From the NCBI GenBank assembly GCA_030390025.1, contig CM059431.1, positions 113,338,001-113,402,000 on the forward strand: a stretch of DNA of 64,000 nucleotides. Direction: 5' to 3'. The notes under the pieces are model-generated. The model saw only the letters and a program-made list of their open reading frames with translations, was not told the DNA's origin and did no database searches. Within the stretch, counting starts at the first letter, position 1, and each line of letters starts with the position of its first letter. This document shows, one piece after another, positions 49,195-60,571 of this stretch. Position numbers and translations under genes: made by a program. Source of the DNA: Squalus acanthias (taxonomy: Eukaryota).

Positions 49195-52100
49195 GGACTT
49201 GAATTTGCTGGAATGGCATGTTTGGCGGTGAGCGCAGTAATTCGACCTTTTGCTCCCCATTCCGCTATATTTGCGCCACAACTTGCTGGAACTTCGATCC
49301 ATTAACGGCACAGCGAGGTCAATGGCGAATCCGGGGCCTCGTGGACTGTGCGCACAGGCTGATCCCGCAGACCAACCTTCTGACACTATTAAAAAGCCGA
49401 GAGCAGACTCCGTAGTTCAGATTGAGGCACTGGGAGGTAAGTGACCTGGAACTTCTGAAATCAACGTGAATCAACTTTACAAAGTTAATTTCAGTTAAAG
49501 TAAAAAAAATACTTAGTAAAGCATTGTAAAAAGTAATTTCCAGTGTTTGCTCGCTCATTCCCTTTTCCACAGAGATGTTGCAAGACGATGTAAAAAAGAA
49601 AGAGGGGGCAGAACTTTGGAGACGAGGACCTGTGGTTCCTCCTCGATAGGGTGGACCTGAGGCAAGAACAGCCACTGGGGACTCCCAAGGGCAAGGGTTC
49701 CCCACGAGGTCAGCCAGGTGGCGTGGGGGGAGCTGCCCAAAGCGATGAGCTCCACATCGATCATGCAACGGTCGGGAGGTGAATGCAGGAAAAAATACGA
49801 TGACCTGACCAGGGCAGGCAAGGTAAGCATTCTCTGGGCTTCAATTCACAACTCGGAATTCTATTACAAGTATAAAAGTTGTCTCTTGTATTTTTTTTTG
49901 AAAGACTGACTTCAGCTGGAGACGTTGTCCTTCTATTTCAGTGCTTGTAGAGTGGGGGGTAGGTTACATCCTTTCAAGATAATCTGTTTGCCGAAAGCAG
50001 AACCCAAAGGCAAGTAAGTCGTAAAAGTCTGTTGCCGTGGGAGACGGCCTTTTCAGAGTGGTCCGTTGATGAATTTGACTGCTTCAGTATCGGCTGAGGA
50101 AAAGAGTCCAATGCCAGAAAAGAGGCCTGTCACATCGACACCTGTACCTCACAATAAGCAACACATGTAACGCAAGCAACCCGCAGGGCAAGTTGATGCA
50201 TAACGAACAGGAGCATGCTCAGTCTGCAGGTTTGTCTTAAGGCGTTGACTGCCCATGAGGACAGGGCCCTGCAAATTCAAGGGTTCAATGGAGCAGCGAC
50301 TGTGAGTCGGGTACTGTATTGGCACGTCCAGGTGAGTCCAGGTGAGTTTCATCAGCCTCTTTATTTGTCTCCTGGGCAGCGATCCACCCAAGGATGCGAT
50401 GAAGAGGAGGGAGGATAGAAATTTTTCATGTTCAAGTTGTGTTTGATGGGCTGCATGTGGCCACTTGTGGTTGTAGCAGGAGGAAGAAATTAGAGTGGGG
50501 GCCTGCTCGTGCGGTGTGTGAACACTGGCATAGACCGCTTGGGCTGAATTGCCGTTTCCATGTTGTGCATTGAATGTAAAGCTGACTACGTGATGACAAA
50601 TGAACATGCTGCACCATTGTAACTTTTTATCCTTCCTTCCCACATCGACCGGAGGAAACGAGGACTGTAGAGGCAGTGACTGAGGAGGAAAAGGAGGCTG
50701 AGCACCCTGGGGAGGAAAGCGGTAAATATGGCGTGGGCACTCCTATCACCGTGAGGGTGCTGATGTGGAGGGGACACATGACCATAGCCACCTTCCTGGG
50801 AGCTCAGCATCCTCACCAACACCCGACCCCCTCCACTCTGAACCAGGCACATTCAACTCTCCTCTAAGCAGCTGCAAAGCTGCAACTAGCAGCACGGAGC
50901 CTGTGAGATAGGCGAGACAACGGCCATGGTTTGAGTCTGACCTGTGAAGGGATCAGGGAGCATTGGGCGGGAGGGAGAGAGGGAAGATTCGCCCTTGTGA
51001 GGCAGGGTCGATGTCAGGGCCCAGCATGAGGGCAACTGGGAGCAGGTCTACAGGGATCCGATTCAGGAGCACCACGGGTATCTGCGACATCTCGCTCCCA
51101 TCGACCACCAGATGACGCTCCTCTGTGGTGGGCTGGACACGATTGGGCAAAAGTTGGACAACCTCTCTGCCAGGAGGTTGCGCGGGCACCTCCACTGCTT
51201 GCTGGTGCCCGTGCCGTGCCCGAGTCCGCCCCTTGCAGTGCCATCTGCTGCGGCAACTGTAGTGGTCCCTGAGGGACATGCTGCTGATGAACGGGGGAGG
51301 CAGAGGTTCCCAAGGCCACTTCCTTCCACCCCCCAGGCCAAGTGGCAGGACCCGGCTGCTGAAGATGAACCTCCAATGATGCAGCCAGAAGCTGTCCCAC
51401 CACAGGTGGCAGCTGCCAGCAGTCACATGACACCTGACACCCTGCACCCACCCCGCCCCCGCATGTCCACTTGGAACAGCATTCCCAACTTCCTGATCCC
51501 GAGCAACATGTGGGATGCAGAGGCCCTGGCCTTGGCACAAGGTTTGTGCACAGGGAGGGGCGAGGCGCAGGAGCACGAGGGACTAGGGTGCCCCTCTCAC
51601 TGCAGAGTCCACCTCCTCCTGCTCAGTCTCACCCTCTGCGATCCCTCAGGCATGCTTCAAACTGCAAAATAAGTTTTTGTATATAGTTTGAAAATGTTTT
51701 AGATCTCTGTTATTTCTTCATTTTTTTTTACAAATACAGCTGTTTAGCATTTCTTGCTATTCTAAAATTGTTTAGCACAGTTGAACAAATTTGCATTTTT
51801 GCACTGTTCATAAAACTAAGCACTACTTTTCAATTGACTATCTGATTACAGTGTTGCCACCACTGCCGCTTAACTCACGGGCACCACAAGGACTGCAGCG
51901 ATTCAAGAAGGCGGCTCACCACCACCTTCTCGAAGGCAATTAGGCATGGGCAATAAATGCTGGCCTTGCCAGTCAAGCCCACATCCCAGGAATTAGTAAA
52001 AAAAAATGTAGACATGTTCATTGTGGAATCATTATTTACTGCTCTTAACAACATTTCATCTAAAGTCCTGTTACAGAAAAATCTTTGCACTCTTTATAAG

Positions 52101-52943
52101 ACTGCTCACTACTTTTATGTTGAGTTGTCCTAATGAGAGTCTACAGCTTTTTTGTCCTCATGTGCTGTTGTTTGTTGACTGTTTAGTTATTGCACTGCTG
52201 CACTGGCTTAAACAATCAATTTTTCATTGCTTCAATCTCTGCCTGTCCTACTTTATGTTTACGTCACCACAGGGATCATTCCACCGAGACATTGTTCCGG
52301 ATTTCCTGATCCAACTCTACTCCGTAGGTGACTTCAGGGGCGGGGGGGGTGGGGTGGGCAAGTGGCCAGGAGGGATGGGTGTGGGGTGTGGAGAGCAAGG
52401 GCCAGGAGGGGTGGGGTGGTGGGCAGGGGCCGGGAAGGGTGGGGGAGGGGCAAGGACCGGAAGTGGCAGAGGGGGGTTGGTGGGCAAGGGCTGGGAGGGA
52501 CAGAGGAGGTTGGTGGGCAGGGACCGGGAGGGGTGGCTGTGGGGCATGTTATCATTGTCCAAACACCTGAGCCACCAGCTGCTCTCTGGCCACCCTGGCT
52601 GCTGCCACTGTGCCTTCCTCCGGGAGGCCACCACCCGTGGGCCCAGGTCACCCACACCATTATGTTCCAGCAATAAGTGGCTGCAGCGCGAATAATAGCA
52701 TAAATCCAGCAAATTGGCGATCGCCATTGACTGCGACGGAGGGCTGGGTGGCGTGATCAAACTTTTATCGCCTTAAACGAGCCATTCGATGGAGCGGCGC
52801 AAATATTCCAGCAAACTATGGTGCAATGCAACCCTTGGCGTATCTCACTTGCTTATTCTTTGCTGGAACTTTTATGTAGTAATAATGGCACGCGTCGTTA
52901 ATGTGTCTGTTCTATGGTGCGAGCTCCCAGCAATTTCAGGCCC
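49195..52943 (+). mobile_element. Degenerate Harbinger of a further family (element F, 3749 bp) with a Myb relic
   Basis: GGACTTGAATTTGCTGG versus reverse complement of the right end GGGCCTGAAATTGCTGG (14/17); flanks AAT/AAA; WGELPKAMSSTSIMQRSGGECRKKYDDLTRAGK then GTAAG at 49718-49827; no transposase recognised. Confidence 0.7.
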
Positions 52944-53415
52944 AAAATGAAAAGAAGCTACTTAGTAATTAACTGATTCATTTCTGGATAATGCAAAGCA
53001 TTGCCACTATTCATGTGTGTAACAAAATTTCAAATAAAACTGTTGGACTATAACCTGGTGTTGTGCGACCTCTCAATTTTGTAACAAAACCCACATTCCT
53101 TTTTGAGTCATTTGGGGAGTAATTTTTAAAAACCTTTGTGGTGGTGTTATATGTATCTACTACATGTGTTGTGATAGAGGAAGGAAGCTTGATGATTGAC
53201 ATAAGAAGAGTTGAGCTGTAATATGAGCTAGGAGAGCGTAAATGAATCAACAATTTTAAAATATGTTACGCTGGTGATCCTCCCAAGGAGTTGCTCGTAG
53301 AAAGTCAGACTATACCCTTTTTTTAAAATCAGGAGCATTATAGTGTGTGATGTATTATTCTGCTGCTAAGGTGACGCTGTGTTCAACTTGGCCTGTCCCT
53401 TACCACAAAGGCTAA

Positions 53416-54132
53416 GGGGGAAAAATTGGGTTGCTTTGCACCTCCCATTAGCGCCCTAAGTGGGCGCTAACGGGGCACAAAGCAACTGGCACCCGGGCGC
53501 GGCACCGCCCACGCCTCCCGTGAAATTCAGCGGGAGGTTAGCGGCGGTGCTAACAGGTAGAGCCTCGCCGTGCTGCGCCACCAGCGATGACATCATCGCA
53601 ATGCGCAGCACCCCGCTCGCGCCCCAGCCGCGATCTTCGGGAGCGCCTCCTGACTTACCGCTGGACGCTATGTCCGACGGGGTCGGGGGGGCCTACCTGC
53701 GGCCGGGGAGGTGCTATTTAAAGGCGAGGTGCGGGGCGGCCATTTTTGTTGCTGGCCGCCTGCCAGCACCTGCCTGCGCTCCCGTCTCCGGCCTCCTGAA
53801 CGGCTCCCCCCCTCCCCCCCGCCCCCCGCGGAGTGTCGGCTGCGCTCCAAGAGTCCCGGCACTTCTCTTGACTGTCGGGCTCTTTTGCCGCCACTCCCGA
53901 TCCCCGGGGGTCCGGCTGGGCCCCGGATCGCGCTGCGCAAGGCCCCGCCCCTTTAAGAAGGGGAGGAAGGCCTGCAATACCGCGGCACGTAGCGCTGCGA
54001 TATTGACTCGCAGCGCCCCAAGAGGGATGCGGGGCGCTTCCAGTAGCACCCTGCTTCCCTCTTGAGGCGCAACCACTCAATTTCTGGTGCGGGGGCGCTA
54101 ATTTTTCCGGGGCGCTACTCAAGCTTTAGCCC
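53416..54132. mobile_element. CpG-rich Harbinger MITE related to element A (717 bp)
   Basis: Left arm GGGGGAAAAATT...cctcccattagcgccctaagtgggcgctaacgggg matches 1126-1200; right end AAGCTTTAGCCC is imperfect; TAA on both flanks. Confidence 0.8.
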
Positions 54133-55069
54133 TAATTGTTGTAAATAGGTCCAACCAGAGGTTCATTAAGATTAATTGCATTGGTGATGCACGTTTGTAG
54201 ATTGGCGGGTATTTATAAATTTCAGCTCCAGGTTGGCAGAAACTAGTGTGAAATGGTTCTTTTTAATATACTTTCAACATTTTGAAATGTGGCATCTGAA
54301 GTGCGTTCCTTTTATTTATCTGTCTTTTTCACTGCAGTCAGTTTACTTTTGTTTTGTTTTAACTTAACTTGATTTCAGTCAGTGGCTTGGACAATGATAA
54401 ATACAGATGCTTTCTCTGATGTAGTTAAAAAGATTTAATAAGACAAATAATGCTAAGTTAAATATTTTACTGTATCTAAAGTATTATATAAGCACTATCT
54501 GGTGTGGTGAGTTGCTGTACTTTTACCTCCTGTATTTTGAATGCATCTCAGGCTAATCAGATGAAAATTTCCTTTCTGTAATGACTCTGAAGGTTGCATG
54601 TGATAAGTTTGAGCAGTTTCAACCAAGTGGACAGTATGTCCGCTGAACAATATCACCCAGGTTTGGCACAATTTGGCACTAAATGGAAATGTCACATTGG
54701 TGATGTAGGGATTAATTCCTGAAACTGGGGTTAAGGTTCTGAGGCAGGATACAGGGAACTTTAAATTACATAACATAATTTTTTCAATTGGGTGCAATTT
54801 ACTCCAGAATGATGGCAGTAATGGAGCTGTGTGTCTGGGAGGGGAACAAGATAATCATGAAGAACTGTGTAGAGAAGGCTTGAAAACATTTAGAAAGGTA
54901 TTACTGTATCCTTTAAATTAAATTCTGTACCCACACAATGCCTTGGCAACCCCGGACACACATTATGAATGGGTATAAATATTATTGGGCATCCTGAATG
55001 CATGCACAATGAGAAATTGCATGTAGGGCATGTGCAGTTCAACTTGCATATTTTAATGAAGCTCCTGAC

Positions 55070-56020
55070 CAAGAGATTGATTAAGAGGGGAAAAATAAAG
55101 TATGAAAGTAAACTTGCAAGGAACATAAAAGCGGATTGTAAAAGCTTCTACAAGTATGTAAAAAGAAAAAGATTAGTGAAGACAAATGTAGGTCCCTTAC
55201 AGTCAGAAACAGGAGAATTTATAATGGGGAATAAGGAAATGGCAGAGCAATTAAAGAAATACTTTGGTTCTGTCTTCACGGAAGAGGACAATGCTGAAGT
55301 ACAAAGGGACCTGGGTGTCCTTGTACACCAGTCACTGAAAGCAAACATGCAGGTGCAGCAAGCAGTTAGGAAGAAAATAGTATGTTGGCCATCATTGCAA
55401 GAGGATTTGAGTACAGGAGCAAGGATGTCTTACTACAGTTATACAGGGCCTTGGTGAGACCACACCTGGAGTACTGTGTGCAGTTTTGGTCTCCTTACCT
55501 AAGCAAGGATATACTTGCCATAGAGGGAGTGCAGCGAAGGTTCACCAGACTGATTCCTGGGATGGCAGGACTGTCGTATGAGGAGAGATTGGGTCGACTA
55601 GGCTTGTATTTCACTAGAGTTTAGAAGAATGAGAGGGGATCTCATTGAAATGTATAAAATTCTGACAGGGCTAGACAGACTGGATGCAGGGAGGATGTTT
55701 CCCCTGGCTGGGGGGTCTAGAACGAGGGATCGCAGTCTCAGGATACGGGGTAGGACATTTAGGACTGAGATGAGGAGAAATTTCTTCACTCAGAGGGTGG
55801 TGAACCTATGGAATTCTCTAGAAGGCTGTGGAGGCCAAGTCACTGAATATATTTAAGAAGGAGATAGATAGATTTCTAGACGCAAAAGGCATCATGGGGT
55901 ATGGGGATAGAGCAGGAATATGGTATTGAGATAGAGGATCAGCCATGATCATATTGAATGGCGGAGCAGGCTCGAAGGGCCGAATGGCCTACTCCTGCCC
56001 CTATTTTTCTATGTTTCTAT
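55070..56020 (+). mobile_element. CR1-like LINE ORF2 fragment with a large internal deletion near 55290
   Basis: YESKLARNIKADCKSFYKYV...FGSVFTEED joins directly to AEVQRDLGV, so the RT core is missing; 3' UTR present. Confidence 0.88.
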
Positions 56021-57059
56021 GCATGTCCTTGCCTCTTCACCTCCACCCCTCCTCCAAGGTGGAAATGCATGCGATGCAAAAAGTGGTAAGAGATCTAGAA
56101 TGACCATTCTCTGCCCACTTCTTTGCTCTGGTTCACCCAATTTACATCCAAATATTAGGCAAACTAGAGTAGAAAATCCACCCTTGACCATCTTGTGCGA
56201 TACTTGATCTAGTAGTTCTCTGTGTTGGTAAATTCAACATTAGGGCACAAAACGCGTGGTAGCAGTTCGGCCACTCGTTATACACCCTGCCAGAATTTTT
56301 TTCACTAACGTCATGGGGAGGTGCACCCTTACATTCTTGATTGTATATTCAAATTGACCCTTTGGAGACCAGGGAGATCTCGGGTTTGATTCTTGGTCTG
56401 TACTGAGTTAGCTGATCCCAGCCAAGGCAACAATAGGCGGCAGGTGCAATTGGCTTCACTTCCTCTAGGTTAAGGAAAGGGAAATTAGTCAGGGTTCCTG
56501 TTCCTGATTGCTATCCAGCAAGGTCCTGCAGGTTTGCGTGTGTGAGTGCATGGTTGCAATGATGTTCAGCGTCTGGATGTCGAGTTAGTGCAGGATTAGG
56601 CTTTGCTATGATGTCTACATCATTGAATAGCCTGCCAACACCGTCTATTAATGCTCACGTATCCATATTGGCCAGTATGATCAATGACCAATGGACAAGG
56701 CAGCTGAGGGCAACCAGCCCCCAAAGAATTGTGCCCATCAAAGGAGTCGATACCTTCAAATTCTTGAGCGGAAAATAGTTTGAAAGGAAGAGTTCAGATT
56801 CCATGGAGATTAGCACCATTTCTGTAACAGGAGTGACTTGTACGTGATGGGTAGGCTTCACCTGAACTGGGACCAGTGTCCTTGCTGGGAGAATATCTAG
56901 TGCTGTAGTTGTAGGTTTAAACTAATATGGCATGTGAGAGGGAAGACATAAGATTAGGGAGCAGAAAGGAAAGCAAAAGGGACAAAGGGTGTGGGAAAGG
57001 GGGAAAAACAAGAAAGTTATAAAGCACAGTTCAGAAAGAGGAATAAAGAGCTAAATTAC

Positions 57060-57750
57060 CAAAACATGGTTTCAGGATTAAGTGGTATAAATGTGAATAC
57101 ACAAAGCATTCAAAACAAAATTGGAGAAGCAGAAGCATTAATAACTATGGAGGGGTATGATGTAATATTTATAACAGAGACATGTCTTAGTTTGGACAGG
57201 ACTGGGAGATTGATGTTTCTGGTTATAATGCTTTCAGGAGAGATAGAAAAGGAATAAAAGGTAATATTAATAAAGTAGTTAATAATTAAAGGATTCTTTC
57301 ATAGTGCTATAATGTAAGGATGTTTCCGGTGATAACCAAATCCATATGGATAGAGTTAAGGAATAGGATGGGATAAGGCATAATTCTTGGAGTGCATTAC
57401 AGGCCTCCAAACAGTGGAGTTGAGGTCGAGAGGGAGATTTACATACAGTTTAGAGAAAAATGTAAGAACAACAGGCCAATAATATTGGGTGATTTATAAC
57501 ATCCAAAGAGAGTGTGGGATGAAGGTAATGCATGTGGTCAGAATGGAGAACACTCTTTTGAATCCCCTAAATAAGAATGTTTCTAGTCCAACAAAGGAAA
57601 ACAAATATTGCTCGATTATAGTTCTGGAAAATAAAATGGGATAAATAACTGATTGGGAGAACAATTGGGAAAAGTGAAATTGTGAAATCAATAAAGGATA
57701 ACAAAGAATCAACAACTAAGGTAATGGACTGGCAAAAAATGCAGTTCAGT
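57060..57750 (+). mobile_element. Old CR1 endonuclease-region relic
   Basis: NTQSIQNKIGE...YDVIFITET; downstream cattacaggcctccaaac (YRPP) and ttgggtgattt (GDF) remnants. Confidence 0.55.
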
Positions 57751-57759
57751 GAGATAAGA

Positions 57760-58310
57760 GGGATCAACCCAAAATTAACCGTGTGACAACCTACACCCAG
57801 TCTACACAGGCGTTGGTCCCCTTACCAAATTCAGCCCATTTTTTATGCATCCCGGGCAGACACCAAAGACAGGCGTTGGGTCCCTTGAATAAGTAAGTTA
57901 GGGGCCTAATACCCGCTAAAGGGCCCCTTTGGCAAATCGGTCACCACTGGTTCAGTGACCGCCAAGCAAAGGTAAGTTTCTGCAATTAAAAAGAAACACA
58001 CCTTCCTTTGGAGCCAGAAGGAGTAGGAGTGCTCCCCGCACTCCAGCGGTGTCGCAATCCCCCCCCCCCCCCCCCCACCGTAGCCCGCTCCTGAGAGCTG
58101 CTGGCGGTATGGCAGGCAGCCCAAAATTGACGTCTCCCGCTGGACGAGTTGTCTGTGGAGGTGTGATCAGCACAGGCAGTTCGCCCCAATTATTCAGATA
58201 AGGCCTGAGGACCAATTTCTATCGATCTTTGGAGCCTCTTGTTTCAAGCGTATGTTGATTCCGCAGCACTAGGTCTGGGCTCGAAACCAGCCCAGGCTAA
58301 TTTCTACTCC
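57760..58310. mobile_element. Probable Harbinger-type MITE remnant
   Basis: GC-rich island ending AATTTCTACTCC (element A ends AATTTCTACCCC); left terminus unclear. Confidence 0.4.
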
Positions 58311-59067
58311 AGAGAGATCAAATTAAAACTTAAACGATAGATGCAGGATGAAACTACGGCTAGCAAAACTAAAAAAAATCATAATGAATACAGAATGTGT
58401 GGTAGGGGGTGACAAAGGAGATTAGAAGGGCTAATTACAACAGTGACTACACTCATCTCCTCTGGAGATCTTCCGCCCACGGCCTCCAACTTCATAGTCC
58501 CCCAACCCCACACAGCCCGCTTCTACTTCCTTCCCAAGATCCACAAACAGGACTGCCCTGGTAGACCCATCGTTTCAGCCTGTTCTTGCCCCACGGAACT
58601 TATTTCTTCCTATCTCAACTCTTGTCCAGTCTCTTCCCACCTACATCCACGACTCTTCCCACTCCCTCCGCCGCTTCAACAGTTTCCAGTTTCCTTCTCC
58701 TTTTCACCATGGATGTCCAGTCCCTCTGCACCTCCATCCCCCACCAGGACAGCCTAAAGACCCTCTGCTTCTCCCTTGAACGGAGGCCCAACCAGTTCCC
58801 ATCCACCACCATCCTGCCCCACCTGGCTGAACTTGTTCTTTTTTTTATTCGTTCATGGGATGTTGGCATCGCTGGCAAGGCCAGCAGTTATTGCCCATCC
58901 CTAGTTGCCCTTGAGAAGGTGGTGGTGAGCCACCTTCTCGAACCGCTGCAGTCTGTGTGGTGAAGGTACTCCCACAGGCACTCCCACATTGAACAACTTC
59001 TCCTTTGACTCCACTCACTTCCTCCAAATAAAAGGTGTTGCTATGGGAACCCGTATTGGTCCTAGTC

Positions 59068-59102
59068 GTTCTGATGAAAGGTCATTGACCTGAAACGTTA
59101 AC
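59068..59102 (+). ncRNA. Candidate minimal type-I hammerhead ribozyme of Penelope origin
   Basis: GTT-CTGATGA-A-AGGTC-ATT-GACCT-GAAA-C-GTT-AAC: conserved core boxes, 5-bp stem II, palindromic loopless stem III (ACGT), short stem I GTT/AAC. Confidence 0.55.
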
Positions 59103-59181
59103 TCTGTTTCTCTCTCCACAGATGCTGCCTGACCTGCTGAATATTTCCAGCATTTTGTTTCAGCAGCAGCGTTCAATGTCA

Positions 59182-59645
59182 ATTGTGGCTCAGTTGGTAG
59201 CACTCTCGCCTCTGAGTCAGAAGGTTGTGGGTTCAAAGTCCCACTCCAGAGACTTGAGCACAAAAATCTAGGCTGACACTCCAGGGCAGTACTGAGGGTG
59301 TGCTGCACTGTCAGAGGTGCCGTCTTTTGGATGAGACATTAAACCGAGGCCCCGTCTGCTTTCTAAGGTGGTCATAAAAGATCCCATCACACTATTTCGA
59401 AGAAGAGCAGGTGAGTTACCCCCGGTGTCCTGGCCAATATTTATCCCTCAATCAACATCACTAAAACAGATTATCTGGTCATTATCACATTGCTGTTTGT
59501 GGGAGCTTGCTGTGCGCAAATTAGTTGCCACGTTTCTTACATTACAACAGTGACTACACTTCAAAAAAGGTACTTCATTGGCTGTAAAGCGCTTTGGGGC
59601 ATCTGGTGGTCATGGAAGGCGCTATATAAATGCAAGTCTTTCTTT
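59182..59645 (+). mobile_element. Deu-domain SINE, full length
   Basis: tggctcagttggtagcac...ggttcaaagtcc head, Deu core, L2-like tail. Confidence 0.85.
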
Positions 59646-60571
59646 TATTTGGGTCCTAGCTATGCCTGCCTTTTCATGGGATATGTGGAACATTCTTTGT
59701 TCCAGTCCTACTCAGGTCCCCTCCCTCAGCTCCTTTTCCACTACATTGATGACTGTATTGTTGCCGCTTCCTGCTCTTGCCCCAAACTGGAAAATTTCAT
59801 CAACTTAGCTTCCAATTTCCACCCCTCGCCTTCACATGCTCCATCTCTAACTCTTCCCTTACCTTCCTCGACTTCTCTATCTCTTTTCTGGAGATAAGCT
59901 GTCAACCAATACCTACTATAAGGTCACTGACTCCCACAGCTACCTTGTTTACACTTCCTTCCACCCTGCTTCCTGTAAGGACTCTATTCCATTCCCGCAG
60001 TTTCTCCGTCTCCGTCACATCTGTTCAGATGATTCCAGCTTCCATACCAGTGCTTTCGATATATCTTCCTTTTCCCTCAACCGAGGATTCCCCTCTACAG
60101 TGGTTGACATGGCCCTCGACCGTGCCCGTTCCATTTCCCGCACTTCTGCTCTCACCCTTCCCCTCCATCCCAGAACCACAATAAGGTTTCCCTTGTCCTC
60201 ACCTTCCACCCCCTCAGCCTCCCCATTCAATGGATCATCCACCACCACTTCTGCTCCCCTCCCCTTTCAGCATTCCGAAGGGACCGTTACCTCCACGACG
60301 CCATGGTCCACTCCTCAATCACCCCCTCCCCTTCCCACGGCACCTTCCTGTTCAAGCACAGGAGATGCATTTTACCTTCTCCCTTCCCACTGTCCAGGGC
60401 CCCTCCTGCCAGGGGAAACAGCGATTTACTTGTACTTCTTTCAAATTAGTATACTGTATTCGCGGATCACGATGTGGTCTCCTCTCCACTGGGGAGACCA
60501 AATGCAGATTGGGTGACCCCCTTGTGGAACACCTCCATTCAGTCTGCAAGTGTGACCCTGAGCTTCCAGTC

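Larger units (their letters stand above)
58443..60571 (+). mobile_element. Fragmented Penelope-like element (RT and GIY-YIG) with nested insertions
   Basis: [33 protein letters not shown] / GPSYACLFMGYVE, HYIDD, FTCTSFKLVYCIR...GETKCRLGD. Confidence 0.88.

Noticed and set aside
53416..54132. Host CpG-island promoter with a 201-aa ORF
   Set aside because: Bounded by Harbinger-like ends with a TAA duplication and homologous to the element A arms; ORFs are GC-content artefacts
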